A stretch of DNA of 64,000 bases from Chiloscyllium plagiosum (Eukaryota): assembly GCF_004010195.1 (NCBI RefSeq), contig NC_057751.1:8935611-8999610 (forward strand). The letters run 5' to 3'. A model generated the notes under the pieces. It saw only the letters and a program-made list of their open reading frames with translations. It ran no database searches and was not told the DNA's origin. Below are positions 13,861-25,410 of the stretch, piece by piece. Numbering within the stretch: the stretch's first letter is position 1; every line of letters starts with the position of its first letter. The position numbers and the translations under genes are program-made.

Positions 13861-15409
13861 GTAATTGGACTGGAAGCTTCACCAAAATAATGCATTTTAT
13901 TTTTTCTCATTGAATAATTCTTATCCTAATTGCTCATGGAATTTACAGAAACAGAAAATGTTGCCTGATTGGATAATGAAAATCGACAGACTTCATGTCA
14001 GCCTCCACCCAACCTGATTACTGATTTCTATTTTGTCCCCATTTCCCATCCTTCCTGCATGTATCAAACTTTGGCCTAAATGTTAAGAAACACTGTAAGG
14101 TCTGTTCACCTCATTTTCATGTATTGACTAACACTCTACTGTCCCAGAATGGGTGGCCTTCCAGCAGAAAATCCAACCTTTTGAGATAAATCACTGTGGA
14201 GGGAATAAAACAGAGCAGGTTGTCTGTAAAAACTAACACGATGCAAGCAACCATCAGGAATGGCACTGAACCCTGGCTAACTTTACTCCAACCCAGCCAG
14301 AAGTGTGGCAAGTAATAATTGATTCCCTGTTACTAAATAGCCCGGATTAAACAGTCTATTTGGAGTCTTCCGAGTCTAGCTGATTTCGTACTGTGCGAGA
14401 TTGTAGCAGTCACAATTAAATTTCAGAACACTGCCACTTGGGGTGGTGGTGAGTTGGTGATCATCACCTTTCCATCAAACGCAGCTACCAACTCTTCATC
14501 ATGATTCTTGTCCTTTTCTTCCTCTCTAAATTTTACAAAACTACTCTCATCAGTGCTTCTCTGAATTTATCTGTTTTGTTCTGATTCAAGTTCCAAATAC
14601 ACCATTCTAAATACTGTTTCTTCTCGAGGGGCTGCCATGTTTAAATCAAGACCAGTTGGTCTATTTGCTACTCTACATTAGTCTTTTTCAAGAATTCCTC
14701 CCTTCCTTCTTAGCCATGTGAAGCCTATTTGCTTTAAAACCCTGAACCTGACAATCATTGCTTCATGAGCAACCTCCTCTTCTATCCTGCTTCCTGAGCC
14801 TTCATTTAATTCTGCACTTTGGGCCTCAGGCTTTCACCTGGGTTTCTCTATAAACAGCCTCCTATGGGCATTGCTTCAGGGAATAACATGAACCAGATCC
14901 GACTGGCACATATTGGCAACCCATCCATCACTTAAGCTTAACCTCTCTAAACAGAATAAAACTCTTTGTGGAAAAGATTAATGAAAACAAATTCCTGTGT
15001 TTCAAGAGCCAAGTGGTTTAAATTTCTCTCTTTCGAAATATGGCTTGAATCACGAAACAGCTGACTATTATAAAATGGAATGAGAGTGTAAAATGTAATA
15101 TTCAGAGACTTTTTCATCAATATATTATTCATTGAAGAATTTCTTTAATAAAAAAACTCCATATTTTTCTGTAATCTGTACTGCAAGCTAGCCAGCAACA
15201 TTGTTGTTTGAAATGCCACACTGCAACTTCATTACAGTCTGCTTGTTCCAGCTTTCTCAATGTCTTTGGAAGTAAAGGCATCATTTGATAGAGGCTCATG
15301 ACCTACAGGTTGTGAAACACCTCATTTCAATCCCTGATTATACGAAATAAGAGTACATTTATTTCCAAAAAGCGTTCAAGAAAAAGGCACAGGAAAGACT
15401 ATGTAGTAA

Positions 15410-15870
15410 CACATGAGCCTATGGTGTCAGGGGGTTGTATATTAGTGCTGGTTAGAGGATAGAAGGCCTGTCTTATGAGGAAAGATTGAGCAGTTTTAGG
15501 CCTCTGCTTTCGAAAGTTCAGAAGAATGAGGGGAGATGTAATTCAGATATAAGATGCTAAAGGGTATTGACATCATAGCCATAGAGCAGATGTTTCTCCT
15601 TGTGCGCCAATCGAGAATGAGAGATCGTAGTTTTTGGTTAAAAGGGTGACAGATTTAAAACAGATGAGAAACTATGTCTCTGAAAGAGTGCAGTGGACAT
15701 CAGGACATTGAATAAATTTAAGGAGAGACAGATTTTTAATTAGCCACGGTTGGAAGGGTTTTGGGGAGTGGGCAGAAAAGTGGAGTTGAGACCAAGATGA
15801 GATCAGCCATTATCTTATAAAATAGTGGAGCAGACTCAAGGGCTGAATAGCCAACTTCTGCCCCGAGTGC
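15410..15870 (+). mobile_element. CR1 LINE 3' fragments
   Basis: agaagaatgaggggagatgtaattcag... and gatgagatcagccat...gggctgaatagcc 3'UTR, similar to 18200-18280. Confidence 0.7.
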
Positions 15871-16477
15871 TCATTTTCTTCTCAGCTAACAGGAGCTTGA
15901 GAGTCAAGATAATTTTGATCAACATTTTTAGGACAGCAACCTCTAACTTGTGGGGTGCCACAGGCTTCAGCACTCGGGCAATAATTATTTACCACATATC
16001 CAAAATGACGTTAAGTTAAAGTACTGTTGACAAGTTTGCGCTTGACAAAAACAGGGAGTACGCAAGTCATGAGGATGATACAAAAAGTCTACAGAGATAC
16101 AGACTGGCTAAGAGTGGATAAAGCCTTGGCAATTGCAATATAAAGTGGGAAAATTTGAGTATGCACTTTGCCAAGAAGAATAGAAGAGCTGAATATTACC
16201 TAAATGGGTAAAGACTGAAGAAAGCTGCAGCACAGATGAATTTGAGGGGTCCTCATGCATTAATCACAAGAAACTTGCATCCAAATTCAATAATAGGGAA
16301 GACAAATGCACTGCCAGCCTCAATTTTAAAGGGAATAGAGTAAAACATTAGGGTGATCTTACCAAACCATTACAGCCACTAATAAAAGCACATCTGGAAT
16401 ACAGTGAACAGTTTTCATTGCCTTATCTAAGGAAAGATAAACTGGCATTCGAGACAATGCAGAAAAGGTTCAGTAGG

Positions 16478-16660
16478 CAGAATAAAAACCAGAAGAACGG
16501 CAGATGCTGGAAGTCAGAACCAAAAATAGTTAATGCTGGAAAAGCTCAGGAGATCTGGCAGCATCTGAGGAAGGGTCATGTGAGCCAAAACATTAACTCC
16601 AATTTCTTTCCACAGATGCTGCCAAACATGCTAAGCTTTTCCAGCCATTGCTATTTTTGT
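16478..16660. mobile_element. Old Penelope-like palindromic mini-element, family D
   Basis: 9-bp TSD ttcagtagg (16469-16477 / 16661-16669). Inverted arms gctggaaaagct...ggcagcatctg / cagatgctgcc...agcttttccagc; decayed hammerhead CTGAGGAAGGGTC...CCAAAACATT at ~16565-16594. Confidence 0.7.
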
Positions 16661-16728
16661 TTCAGTAGGATGATCCTGGATTTGGAGGGAATTTGTTTTG
16701 GGGGGGGGGGGGTGTTTTATTTGAAGGG

Positions 16729-16830
16729 NNNNNNNNNNNNNNNNNNNNNNNNNNNNNNNNNNNNNNNNNNNNNNNNNNNNNNNNNNNNNNNNNNNNNNNN
16801 NNNNNNNNNNNNNNNNNNNNNNNNNNNNNN
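16729..16830. other. Assembly gap
   Basis: N run following a poly-G tract. Confidence 1.
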
Positions 16831-18280
16831 AGAAATCGTGAATGCGTTGGTGATTATTTTCCAGAGTTCGATAGGTTCGGGATCAGTTCCTGTGGATTGG
16901 AGAGTGGCTAATGTTATATCACTTTTTAAGAAAGGTGGGAGAGAGAAAGCAGCAAATTATAGACCAGTTAGTCTGACCTCAGTGGTGGGAAAATTGCTGG
17001 AGTCTGTTATAAAGGATGAAATTATGACACATCTGGATAGCAGTAACAGGATAGGTCAGAGTCAGCATGGATTTATGAAGGGGAAATCATGCTTGACTAA
17101 TCTTATGGAATTATTTGAGGATGTAACTCTGAAGATGGATGAGGGAGATCCAGTAGATGTAGTGTACCTNNNNNNNNNNNNNNNNNNNNNNNNNNNNNNN
17201 NNNNNNNNNNNNNNNNNNNNNNNNNNNNNNNNNNNNNNNNNNNNNNNNNNNNNNNNNNNNNNNNNNNNNNNNNNNNNNNNNNNNNNNNNNNNNNNNNNNN
17301 NNNNNNNNNNNNNNNNNNNNNNNNNNNNNNNNNNNNNNNNNNNNNNNNNNNNNNNNNNNNNNNNNNNNNNNNNNNNNNNNNNNNNNNNNNNNNNNNNNNN
17401 NNNNNNNNNNNNNNNNNNNNNNNNNNNNNNNNNNNNNNNNNNNNNNNNNNNNNNNNNNNNNNNNNNNNNNNNNNNNNNNNNNNNNNNNNNNNNNNNNNNN
17501 NNNNNNNNNNNNNNNNNNNNNNNNNNNNNNNNNNNNNNNNNNNNNNNNNNNNNNNNNNNNNNNNNNNNNNNNNNNNNNNNNNNNNNNNNNNNNNNNNNNN
17601 NNNNNNNNNNNNNNNNNNNNNNNNNNNNNNNNNNNNNNNNNNNNNNNNNNNNNNNNNNNNNNNNNNNNNNNNNNNNNNNNNNNNNNNNNNNNNNNNNNNN
17701 NNNNNNNNNNNNNNNNNNNNNNNNNNNNNNNNNNNNNNNNNNNNNNNNNNNNNNNNNNNNNNNNNNNNNNNNNNNNNNNNNNNNNNNNNNNNNNNNNNNN
17801 NNNNNNNNNNNNNNNNNNNNNNNNNNNNNNNNNNNNNNNNNNNNNNNNNNNNNNNNNNNNNNNNNNNNNNNNNNNNNNNNNNNNNNNNNNNNNNNNNNNN
17901 NNNNNNNNNNNNNNNNNNNNNNNNNNNNNNNNNNNNNNNNNNNNNNNNNNNNNNCATGTTTCCGCTGATGGGTGAGTGCCGAACCAGAGGACACAGCTTA
18001 AAAATACGGGGTAGACCATTTAGGACAGAGATGAGGAGAAACTTCTTCACCCAGAGAGTGGTGGCTGTGTGGAATGCTCTGCCCCAGAGGGCAGTGGAGG
18101 CCCAGATTCTGGATTCATTTAAGAAAGAGTTGGATGGAGCTCTCAAGGATAATGGAATCAAGGGTTATGGAGATAAGGCAGGAACAAGAAACTGATTAAG
18201 GATGATCAGCCATGATCATATTGAATGGTGGTGCAGGCTCGAAGGGCAGAATGGCCTACTCCTGCACCTATTGTCTATTG
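16831..18280 (+). mobile_element. Young CR1 LINE, ORF2 RT and 3'UTR (partly in gap)
   Basis: Stop-free DWRVANVISLFKKG...NYRPVSLTSVVGKLLE...QHGFMKGKSCLTNL (16831-17169). C-terminus RTRGHSLK...RNFFTQRVVAVWNALP (17956-18195); tail ggcctactcctgcacctattgtctattg. Confidence 0.95.
17170..17954. other. Assembly gap
   Basis: N run inside the young CR1. Confidence 1.
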
Positions 18281-19679
18281 TTGGACTAATTGGACTTCAG
18301 AAGAATGACAGGAGACCTATTGAAACATTCAAGTTCCTTTGGAAACTTGACAGGGTAAGCAAAGAGAGGTTGCGCCTCCTTGTGGGAGAGTGTCAACGAG
18401 ATGGCATAACATCAGCATTAGGTTCACCCATCTCAAAGAAATGAGGAAAAAAATTCTCTGAAAATTAACAGTGGAATTCTTAAATGCAGATAACTGTGGC
18501 AGCTAAGTCATAACATATGTTCAAGAAGAGAGACATAATTTAAATTACTCCAGGAATCAAGGATTATGGAGATAACGAGAAAGTGGCATTGAGAATTATG
18601 AGATTAGTCATGATCTCATTGGCCTACTTCGGCTCCTACATCTGAAGGTGTTTTACATTTCCTCCCGACATTACCACCTCGAAGTAGTACTCTGAAGGTC
18701 TTTTAAACGGTCCAAATTGAGTGATCACAACTACAAGACCAACTGATCTACTTTCTTGGTATTGGTGCAGTCTTGGTTGGGGCAAGGAAAAAGCAGTCAA
18801 GTTCCTCTGCCTCCTTTATCACCCACTAACTAGGTGGAGATATTGAGGGCATTTTTACAAAATGTGAAGGCACACATGTGGGTGTATGTCAGGAAAAATT
18901 TTACTGCAATACATTTTCAGTTGTGAATGGTTACTGTGTAGGAACCACCAAAAATAGCACAACAGTAGTGCTTTTGATGAAAGCTAAATGAAAGCGAATT
19001 CAATCAATGTCTTCAGGCCAAGGTGAAGAAAATGGAGAAAACAAGGCTGTTGCTTTTATGGAAAATGGAATGGATACTTGCCCCACCTTCAGACAAGTAT
19101 ACAAAGAGATCAAACCAATGGTATGACATTGAAACAGAAATTTAGTGTGTTGGCATTTTCCATCTCTCATGTTGTACTTCTCAGCACAAACAATTCCTTC
19201 CTAATCCGGAGTAGCAGGACAGAAAGAAGAAATAGCTAGGTCTTCTGTTCCTATACTTACCTGACACCGTCCAACTTGGACAGATATAAGAATCTTGTCT
19301 CTTGCACCCCAGCTCAAGCCTTTTGCCCTCTCAGGCAAGCATTGTTCATCCTGCACTCCAAACAGCCATCCTTTCACAGATGTCTCATGTTGCTCCTGAA
19401 CCCCACTTCTCATCACTCTTTGCACATGTTCAAAACGCACAATAACCTCTTTTTTTCACAATCAATTAATCACACCCTTGCTGTTTTCCACATTGCCTTA
19501 ACCAAACAGGAGAAGCCTCAGGATATTTCCAAGGTCTAAGGGAAGACAGTAAAACAAAGAAGCTGGATAATGTGTTTTTGTCATCCTTAAAGCTTGATAA
19601 GCAGACACTGCAGATTCAAAAAGTAAAAACCAAGAAGGGAAAGTCCTCGTTCCCAAGAGCATTTCCACAGTTAACAAGG

Positions 19680-20166
19680 CATAAATCAGCAGTGTGCTGG
19701 AATATTTCTCACTTGCTGGGATGGATGCAGCTCCAACAACATTCAAAAAGCCTGACACCATCCAGGCAATCGTGCTTAATTGGCTCCACATCCACTCCCT
19801 TCACTACTGATGTTCAGTGGCAGCAGTGTGTTCTATCTTCAAGATGTACTGCAAAAATTCACCAAAGATTCTTAGACTGCACCTTCCAAACTTTGGCCCA
19901 CTTCAAATCTTGAAGGGCAAGGGCAGCAGATACATGGAAACACCATCCCCTGCAAATTCACCTCCAAGCCACTCAATATTCTCACTTGGAAATAAATCAC
20001 CTGGTCAAAAATCTTAAATTTCCCTCCTGAGGGTCATCATGTTTCACCCAACAGGAGGTTGACTGCAGCAGTTTCAGAAGGCAACTCACCACCGCCTTTG
20101 CAATGACAGGCAATAAATGCTGGCCCAGCCAACGACAGCCACGATCCACCAGTGAATAAAAAAAAA
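19680..20166 (+). mobile_element. Crack/L2-like LINE 3' end
   Basis: ORF remnant AAVCSIFKMYCKNSPKILRLHLP; ends ggcaataaatgctggcccagcc...gtgaataaaaaaaaa. Confidence 0.8.
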
Positions 20167-20889
20167 CTTGCTTAAAATCCAAAAGTTATTGATCTGGAAT
20201 AGACCACACAAAGAAAATTCGAGAGCTACTTCAAAAAGAAAAAAAATGGATTTTTTTTATTGCTGTGACTGTGCTCCGAGCAGGTCATTGCTTTTTGTCA
20301 ATTTGGTTGATCTAAAAGAATGGAATTTACACAAAAATTTGCAGAACAATGCGACAAATTGAACAGCCCTCCTTCTGTGGTCCCACAGACCGGGATACTC
20401 ACTGATGGAGACGTTGGGAAGCATTTTATTTTCAAAACAAAAAGTTGAAAATAGGTTCGGTTTTTTTTTCAAACAATTAGGGCAAGTTATCACTTGGTTT
20501 CCACAGGGAGTCCTGCAGGATGATATTTCATCAAGGGAAGTTACTCATATGAAAGAGAGTGAGAAATTAAACAAAGCCACAAAACTAATCAAACGTTTAC
20601 CCTCACAGCTTTCCAAAAAAAAATTGTGCAAAGAAGATTGAAGTGCTGGGAATTACCCACTGCTACGTCTGATACATGGTAATAACCTTGCATAATTACT
20701 CAGGTATAAAACTAATTGGAAATATTGCAAATGTCAAGCAAAACTGGCATTTAAGCACAAATTCGGTGATGTTAATTGCCGAACAGGTGCGAGGAGGAAT
20801 CTAAATGAGGGACCTGATTAGAGGGACCCAGGAAACAAATGTGGCCTGTGATTGAGGCAAACCACATCAATTATTTAGCTCTCTCAACC

Positions 20890-21590
20890 ACCACGGAAGG
20901 TCATGTTGATATAACCTTTTGTTTGCAGCACGAAGTCGAAGAGAAATATTTCTCTCTTTTCTGCTTTCCCCTCAGCCCCCAATCATGCATCACACACAAA
21001 AAAACCCCCAATTCTCACTCTTTCCCGTTTTCCCGTTCCCAGTGCTGTTCGAAAACAGCCCACTTTGCCCGTGGTCATTTAAACCAACCTTTCAGAACTC
21101 AACTCGGGGCAACACGAGCAACTTGTCTCTTGTTCGTCCGCGAGCAACGAATCGTTCAGGGGATCGGGTCTCCAGCATCCAAATTACTTTGCTTTTAGGA
21201 GGAGAAATCAGTCTCCATTGCGATACCTTTCGCGGCCGAACAGTTTGCTGATACTATATTGCAGGGTTTTTTTTGTGACCTGGGAAAAGCAAGAGTCACA
21301 ACGGCCCGTACTACTTTTAGGAGGAGAAATCAGTCTCCATTGCGATACCTTTCGCGGCCGAACAGTTTGCTGATACTATATTGCAGGGTTTTTTTTTGTG
21401 ACCTGGGAAAAGCAAGAGTCACAACGGCCCGTACTATGAGAACGAACGAATTGGCGTTAGGAATAGCCAACACCAATTCCAAAGTAACGGAAGGATGACA
21501 TGAAAAAGGAGTCGTGTTTTTTTTCTGACCACGGGAATGATTTCACCGTTTCGTTATTTATCTTCTCGCTGCGGTAGCGTGGTGGAAATT
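20890..21590. promoter_or_regulatory. Low-GC CpG-rich island; candidate promoter or 5'UTR region
   Basis: About 38 CpGs by hand count in 20881-21600, whereas flanking unique sequence is visibly CpG-depleted; no repeat family recognised here. Confidence 0.55.
21192..21436. repeat. Tandem duplication, 122/123-bp unit x2
   Basis: 21192-21313 and 21314-21436 are identical except for a T8 versus T9 run. Confidence 0.95.
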
Positions 21591-22494
21591 AAGGGCACAA
21601 AATATAAACTCATGAAAATAACAGAATTCCCCAACATCCTGCCTGTAAGACCCAAGTTGACATGAAGCACGGAGTAGGTTTCCACACTAATTATAATAAC
21701 AAATACATTCTGTCGAGAAATGAACAATTACATATTATAAATAACTTTCTAAACACCCCTTCACATAAAGAGAAGAAACACAGGACTTGTAAAATGCACA
21801 CCTTCTCACAACTGAAAAAAAAGGAAAGGTGGCTATTCTCAGGTTTGAGATGTTCTTTTACAAAACAAAAACAGCTCCTTCCACCCAAGGCTGTTCAGTT
21901 ATTTATGAGCTAATCGCATAATTGTAGATGGACACATGATGGTCACTAGTTCTTGGTGACCTTTATCATAAATAACTGGTCACTAACTGCAGAGCCATCA
22001 ATTCCAAATTGCCAGCCGATGCTCCATTCATACACAGCTCACCTGCAAACTCAGCTTCCACGACTGATTCAACAATTCTTTTCCCATTTCAGTCAACAAT
22101 CAAAATACAGAAAAAAAAACATTCCTTACACAGTACACAGAAAAAATGTGCCAAAATTGAGTTCCTTTCTTTAAAAACAGCATTGAAGAGAAAGTCACAT
22201 GCCACAGTCAAAGAAAAGTGATTGACCAACATGCTTCAAAGAAAACTTTGTTGTCCATGAATTTTCAAATTGGAACATGGAATTGAATCTTCCAACAAAG
22301 TCCGAAACATCTATTTATGCTAAGAACACAAACACATATGATTTTGATCTTAACACATGCCAATTATAACGTTTTTCTATGCTGAGTAATTTTACCTTTT
22401 GGATTGAAATCCCACAGGAGTTCTGTGCTAGCTTTTCATAACTATTGTAAAAGAACCACAAAATTCCCCCCTAAAAAAGCAGAGTTTTGTTATT

Positions 22495-22730
22495 CTTGCA
22501 CGGGACAAAGACACCACTGTTTAGACCAGCATTTATTGTCCATCACCACTTGCCCAGAGTTAAGAGTCAACCACATCACTGTGGGTCTGGAATCATATGT
22601 AGGCCAGACCAGATCAGGATCTCACTCCCTAATCAGATAGTGTTTTCTCAACAATCAGCAATGGATTCATGGTCATCATTGGACTCTTAATTTTAGATCT
22701 TTAAAAAATTTCACAATCTCAAATTGCATT
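22495..22730 (-). mobile_element. MetaSINE-like SINE with Crack-like tail
   Basis: Minus strand tggtctggcctacatatgattccagacccacagtgatgtggttgactcttaact followed by ggacaataaatgctgg, which matches the LINE tail at ~20110. Family name assigned from memory of the domain. Confidence 0.55.
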
Positions 22731-23140
22731 CTTGCAAACTGTACTTTGCTGATTTTTTTATGGATACAGTCTAGCCTGTTCAACCAACATGAGGCTAATC
22801 CCCCACCTATTTCAGGTTATTCGTCAAGTAAACCTTCTCTGAACTGTCTTGAAAGCATTTCCCTCTTGCCTTAAGTGAGATTACCAATACTGCTCAGACC
22901 ACTCCAGATGTTGTCTCACCAGTGCCTTGTATAATTGATTTGGAGGTGCCAAATCAATTGGACTGGTTAAAAAATCACAACACCAGGTTACAGTCCAACA
23001 GGTGCCCTTTGTGGGCACCTCATACCTTCAATGCTGTTGTGGTTCTGTTCGCCGAGCTGGGAATTTGTGGCAGATGTTTCATCCCCTGTCTTGGTGACAT
23101 CCTCAGTGCTTGGGAGCCTCCTGTGAAGCGCTTCTGTGAT

Positions 23141-23976
23141 NNNNNNNNNNNNNNNNNNNNNNNNNNNNNNNNNNNNNNNNNNNNNNNNNNNNNNNNNNNN
23201 NNNNNNNNNNNNNNNNNNNNNNNNNNNNNNNNNNNNNNNNNNNNNNNNNNNNNNNNNNNNNNNNNNNNNNNNNNNNNNNNNNNNNNNNNNNNNNNNNNNN
23301 NNNNNNNNNNNNNNNNNNNNNNNNNNNNNNNNNNNNNNNNNNNNNNNNNNNNNNNNNNNNNNNNNNNNNNNNNNNNNNNNNNNNNNNNNNNNNNNNNNNN
23401 NNNNNNNNNNNNNNNNNNNNNNNNNNNNNNNNNNNNNNNNNNNNNNNNNNNNNNNNNNNNNNNNNNNNNNNNNNNNNNNNNNNNNNNNNNNNNNNNNNNN
23501 NNNNNNNNNNNNNNNNNNNNNNNNNNNNNNNNNNNNNNNNNNNNNNNNNNNNNNNNNNNNNNNNNNNNNNNNNNNNNNNNNNNNNNNNNNNNNNNNNNNN
23601 NNNNNNNNNNNNNNNNNNNNNNNNNNNNNNNNNNNNNNNNNNNNNNNNNNNNNNNNNNNNNNNNNNNNNNNNNNNNNNNNNNNNNNNNNNNNNNNNNNNN
23701 NNNNNNNNNNNNNNNNNNNNNNNNNNNNNNNNNNNNNNNNNNNNNNNNNNNNNNNNNNNNNNNNNNNNNNNNNNNNNNNNNNNNNNNNNNNNNNNNNNNN
23801 NNNNNNNNNNNNNNNNNNNNNNNNNNNNNNNNNNNNNNNNNNNNNNNNNNNNNNNNNNNNNNNNNNNNNNNNNNNNNNNNNNNNNNNNNNNNNNNNNNNN
23901 NNNNNNNNNNNNNNNNNNNNNNNNNNNNNNNNNNNNNNNNNNNNNNNNNNNNNNNNNNNNNNNNNNNNNNNNNNNN
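23141..23976. other. Assembly gap
   Basis: N run inside the family C PLE. Confidence 1.
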
Positions 23977-24273
23977 AACTAGCCACGAAACGACACAACC
24001 AGCTATCCTTAGTAGCCACACACGCAGATGACAAGCAACATGAGTTTGACTGGGACAACACTACTTCGATAGGACAAGCCAAACAGAGAATTCCTCTAGG
24101 GAATTCCTAGAGGCATGGCACTCATCCACTGATTCAATCAACAAACATGTCGACCTGGACCCAATATACCGGCCACTGCAGCGGACAGCTGGAATGACAA
24201 CCGGAAGCGGCAGATTCAAACCACTACAAATGCCGGAGGAAGATCACAGAAGCGCTTCACAGGAGGCTCCCAA

Positions 24274-24313
24274 GCACTGAGGATGTCACCTAGACAGGGG
24301 ATGAAACATCTGC
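24274..24313 (+). ncRNA. Minimal hammerhead motif (family C), CpG-decayed
   Basis: gca-CTGAGGA-t-gtcacctagacaggggat-GAAACATC-tgc: stem I gca/tgc is intact and ACGT has become ACAT. A mirror copy lies on the minus strand at 23070-23109. Confidence 0.6.
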
Positions 24314-24773
24314 CACAAATTCCCAGCTCGGCGAACAGAACCACAACAACGAGCACCCGAGCTGCAAATCTTCACACAAACTTTGAACCTTCAATGCACT
24401 ATCTGGGCCAACTTGGCACCTATTGTTAAAGTTCACTTGAGAATGTAACTTTAACAAAATTCTGGAATTTACATATGAAAGAACTGAAACCAACATGGTC
24501 ATTCTCAAAGATGAGAGACTAATCAAACAATCCAAGTCTTTTTCAATATATAATTTCAGTTATATCACACTGTAAACTTTTGCCATAAATTCTGTGTCTT
24601 ACGATCTTATACTCTACAACCATCTGATGAAAGAGCAACACTCCAAATGCTATGCTTCAAAATAAACCTGTTGGACTATAACCTGGTGCTGCATGATTTT
24701 TAACTAAATATAATTGAGGCATAACCTCCCTATTTTTATTTTAGTTCATTTTGTGATAAATGATAGCATTCTC

Positions 24774-24977
24774 TAGGCAGTCCCCAGGTTGCAAACAGGT
24801 TCCATTCTTCAGATCATTTGCAAGTTGATTTGTACACTATTTGGAACACAATGCAAAACAATATGAAGCAGCCATTTGTAAGTACAGGTATTATTTGTAA
24901 GTCAGCGATTTAAAACTTCACCCCCGTATGACATTGTGTCCATAAGGTGGATGTTTATAAATCAGAGACCCCTTGTA
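24774..24977. mobile_element. Tigger/Tc1-mariner-type MITE, decayed
   Basis: Imperfect TIRs aggcagtccccaggttgcaaac / gtttataaatcagagaccccttg, with TA at the right end; interrupts CR1. Confidence 0.5.
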
Positions 24978-25129
24978 TTAGTATTTAAAATTATTTGTTG
25001 TACTAGCACACTCACGTGTTGCAATTCATACACAAGACATGCAGATCTCTCTGCATCTCTCACGAATTCTAACTTGAAGTTCTCACTGTTCTGATGATAG
25101 TTCAAGCCTTTCCCTTAAATTCTGCTTTA

Positions 25130-25410
25130 TGCCTCTCACCATTTCTCTCACAGCTGGACATAAAAGACCCTGTCACACCATTCAAATCAAAGCAGCATGG
25201 TTATTCCTGTTGTCGTTCTTGACATTTACCAATTAACCAACATTAAATTAAACCTGGATTATCTCATTATGAATACATTACTATCTGTGAGTGCTTGCTG
25301 TGTACAAATTAATTTCTACATTTCAAGATTTGAATAGTAGCTCTATTTCAAAAGTATCTAATTGGTGAAAAAGTACTTTGGGATACCTTGGGACAATAGA
25401 TACAAGTTTT
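25130..25410 (+). mobile_element. SacSINE1/DeuSINE-like SINE
   Basis: ggacataaaagaccctgtcacaccattcaaa...gcttgctgtgtacaaatt...ttcaaaagtatctaattgg. Confidence 0.7.

Larger units (their letters stand above)
16020..18650 (+). mobile_element. Old CR1 LINE (host), interrupted by a PLE mini-element and a younger CR1
   Basis: Decayed RT (aagtttgcgcttgacaaaa) from 16030; the CR1 sequence resumes at ~18281 (ttcagaagaatgacaggagacctattgaaac) after the younger insertion. Confidence 0.7.
23035..24386 (+). mobile_element. Penelope-like element, family C (GIY-YIG C-terminus, inverted pLTRs)
   Basis: 11-bp TSD accttcaatgc (23024-23034 / 24387-24397). 23035-23140 is the reverse complement of ~24243-24348. 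Peptide LATKRHNQLSLVATHADDKQHEFDWDNT...REFLEAWH...INKHVDLDPIY is typical of the PLE endonuclease end. Confidence 0.88.
22939..24708. mobile_element. Penelope-like element, family B, with inverted ends
   Basis: 9-bp TSD tataattga (22930-22938 / 24709-24717). Inverted ends caccaggttacagtccaacagg / cctgttggactataacctggtg; decayed hammerhead catCTGATGAAAGAGC at ~24621. Confidence 0.8.
22770..25070 (-). mobile_element. Old CR1 fragment hosting nested PLE-B, PLE-C and a MITE
   Basis: CR1-like sequence at 22770-22938 (aaccttctctgaactg...ctccagatgttgtctcaccagtgccttgtataa) resumes at 24709 (gcataacctccctatttttat) and again after 24977. Confidence 0.65.

Noticed and set aside
21192..21436. CRISPR-like or satellite array
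   Set aside because: Only two units with no spacers, in vertebrate sequence.
16418..24110. Long ORFs of 300-516 aa in the track
   Set aside because: They are open only because they run through N gaps; the real parts are CR1 or Penelope remnants.
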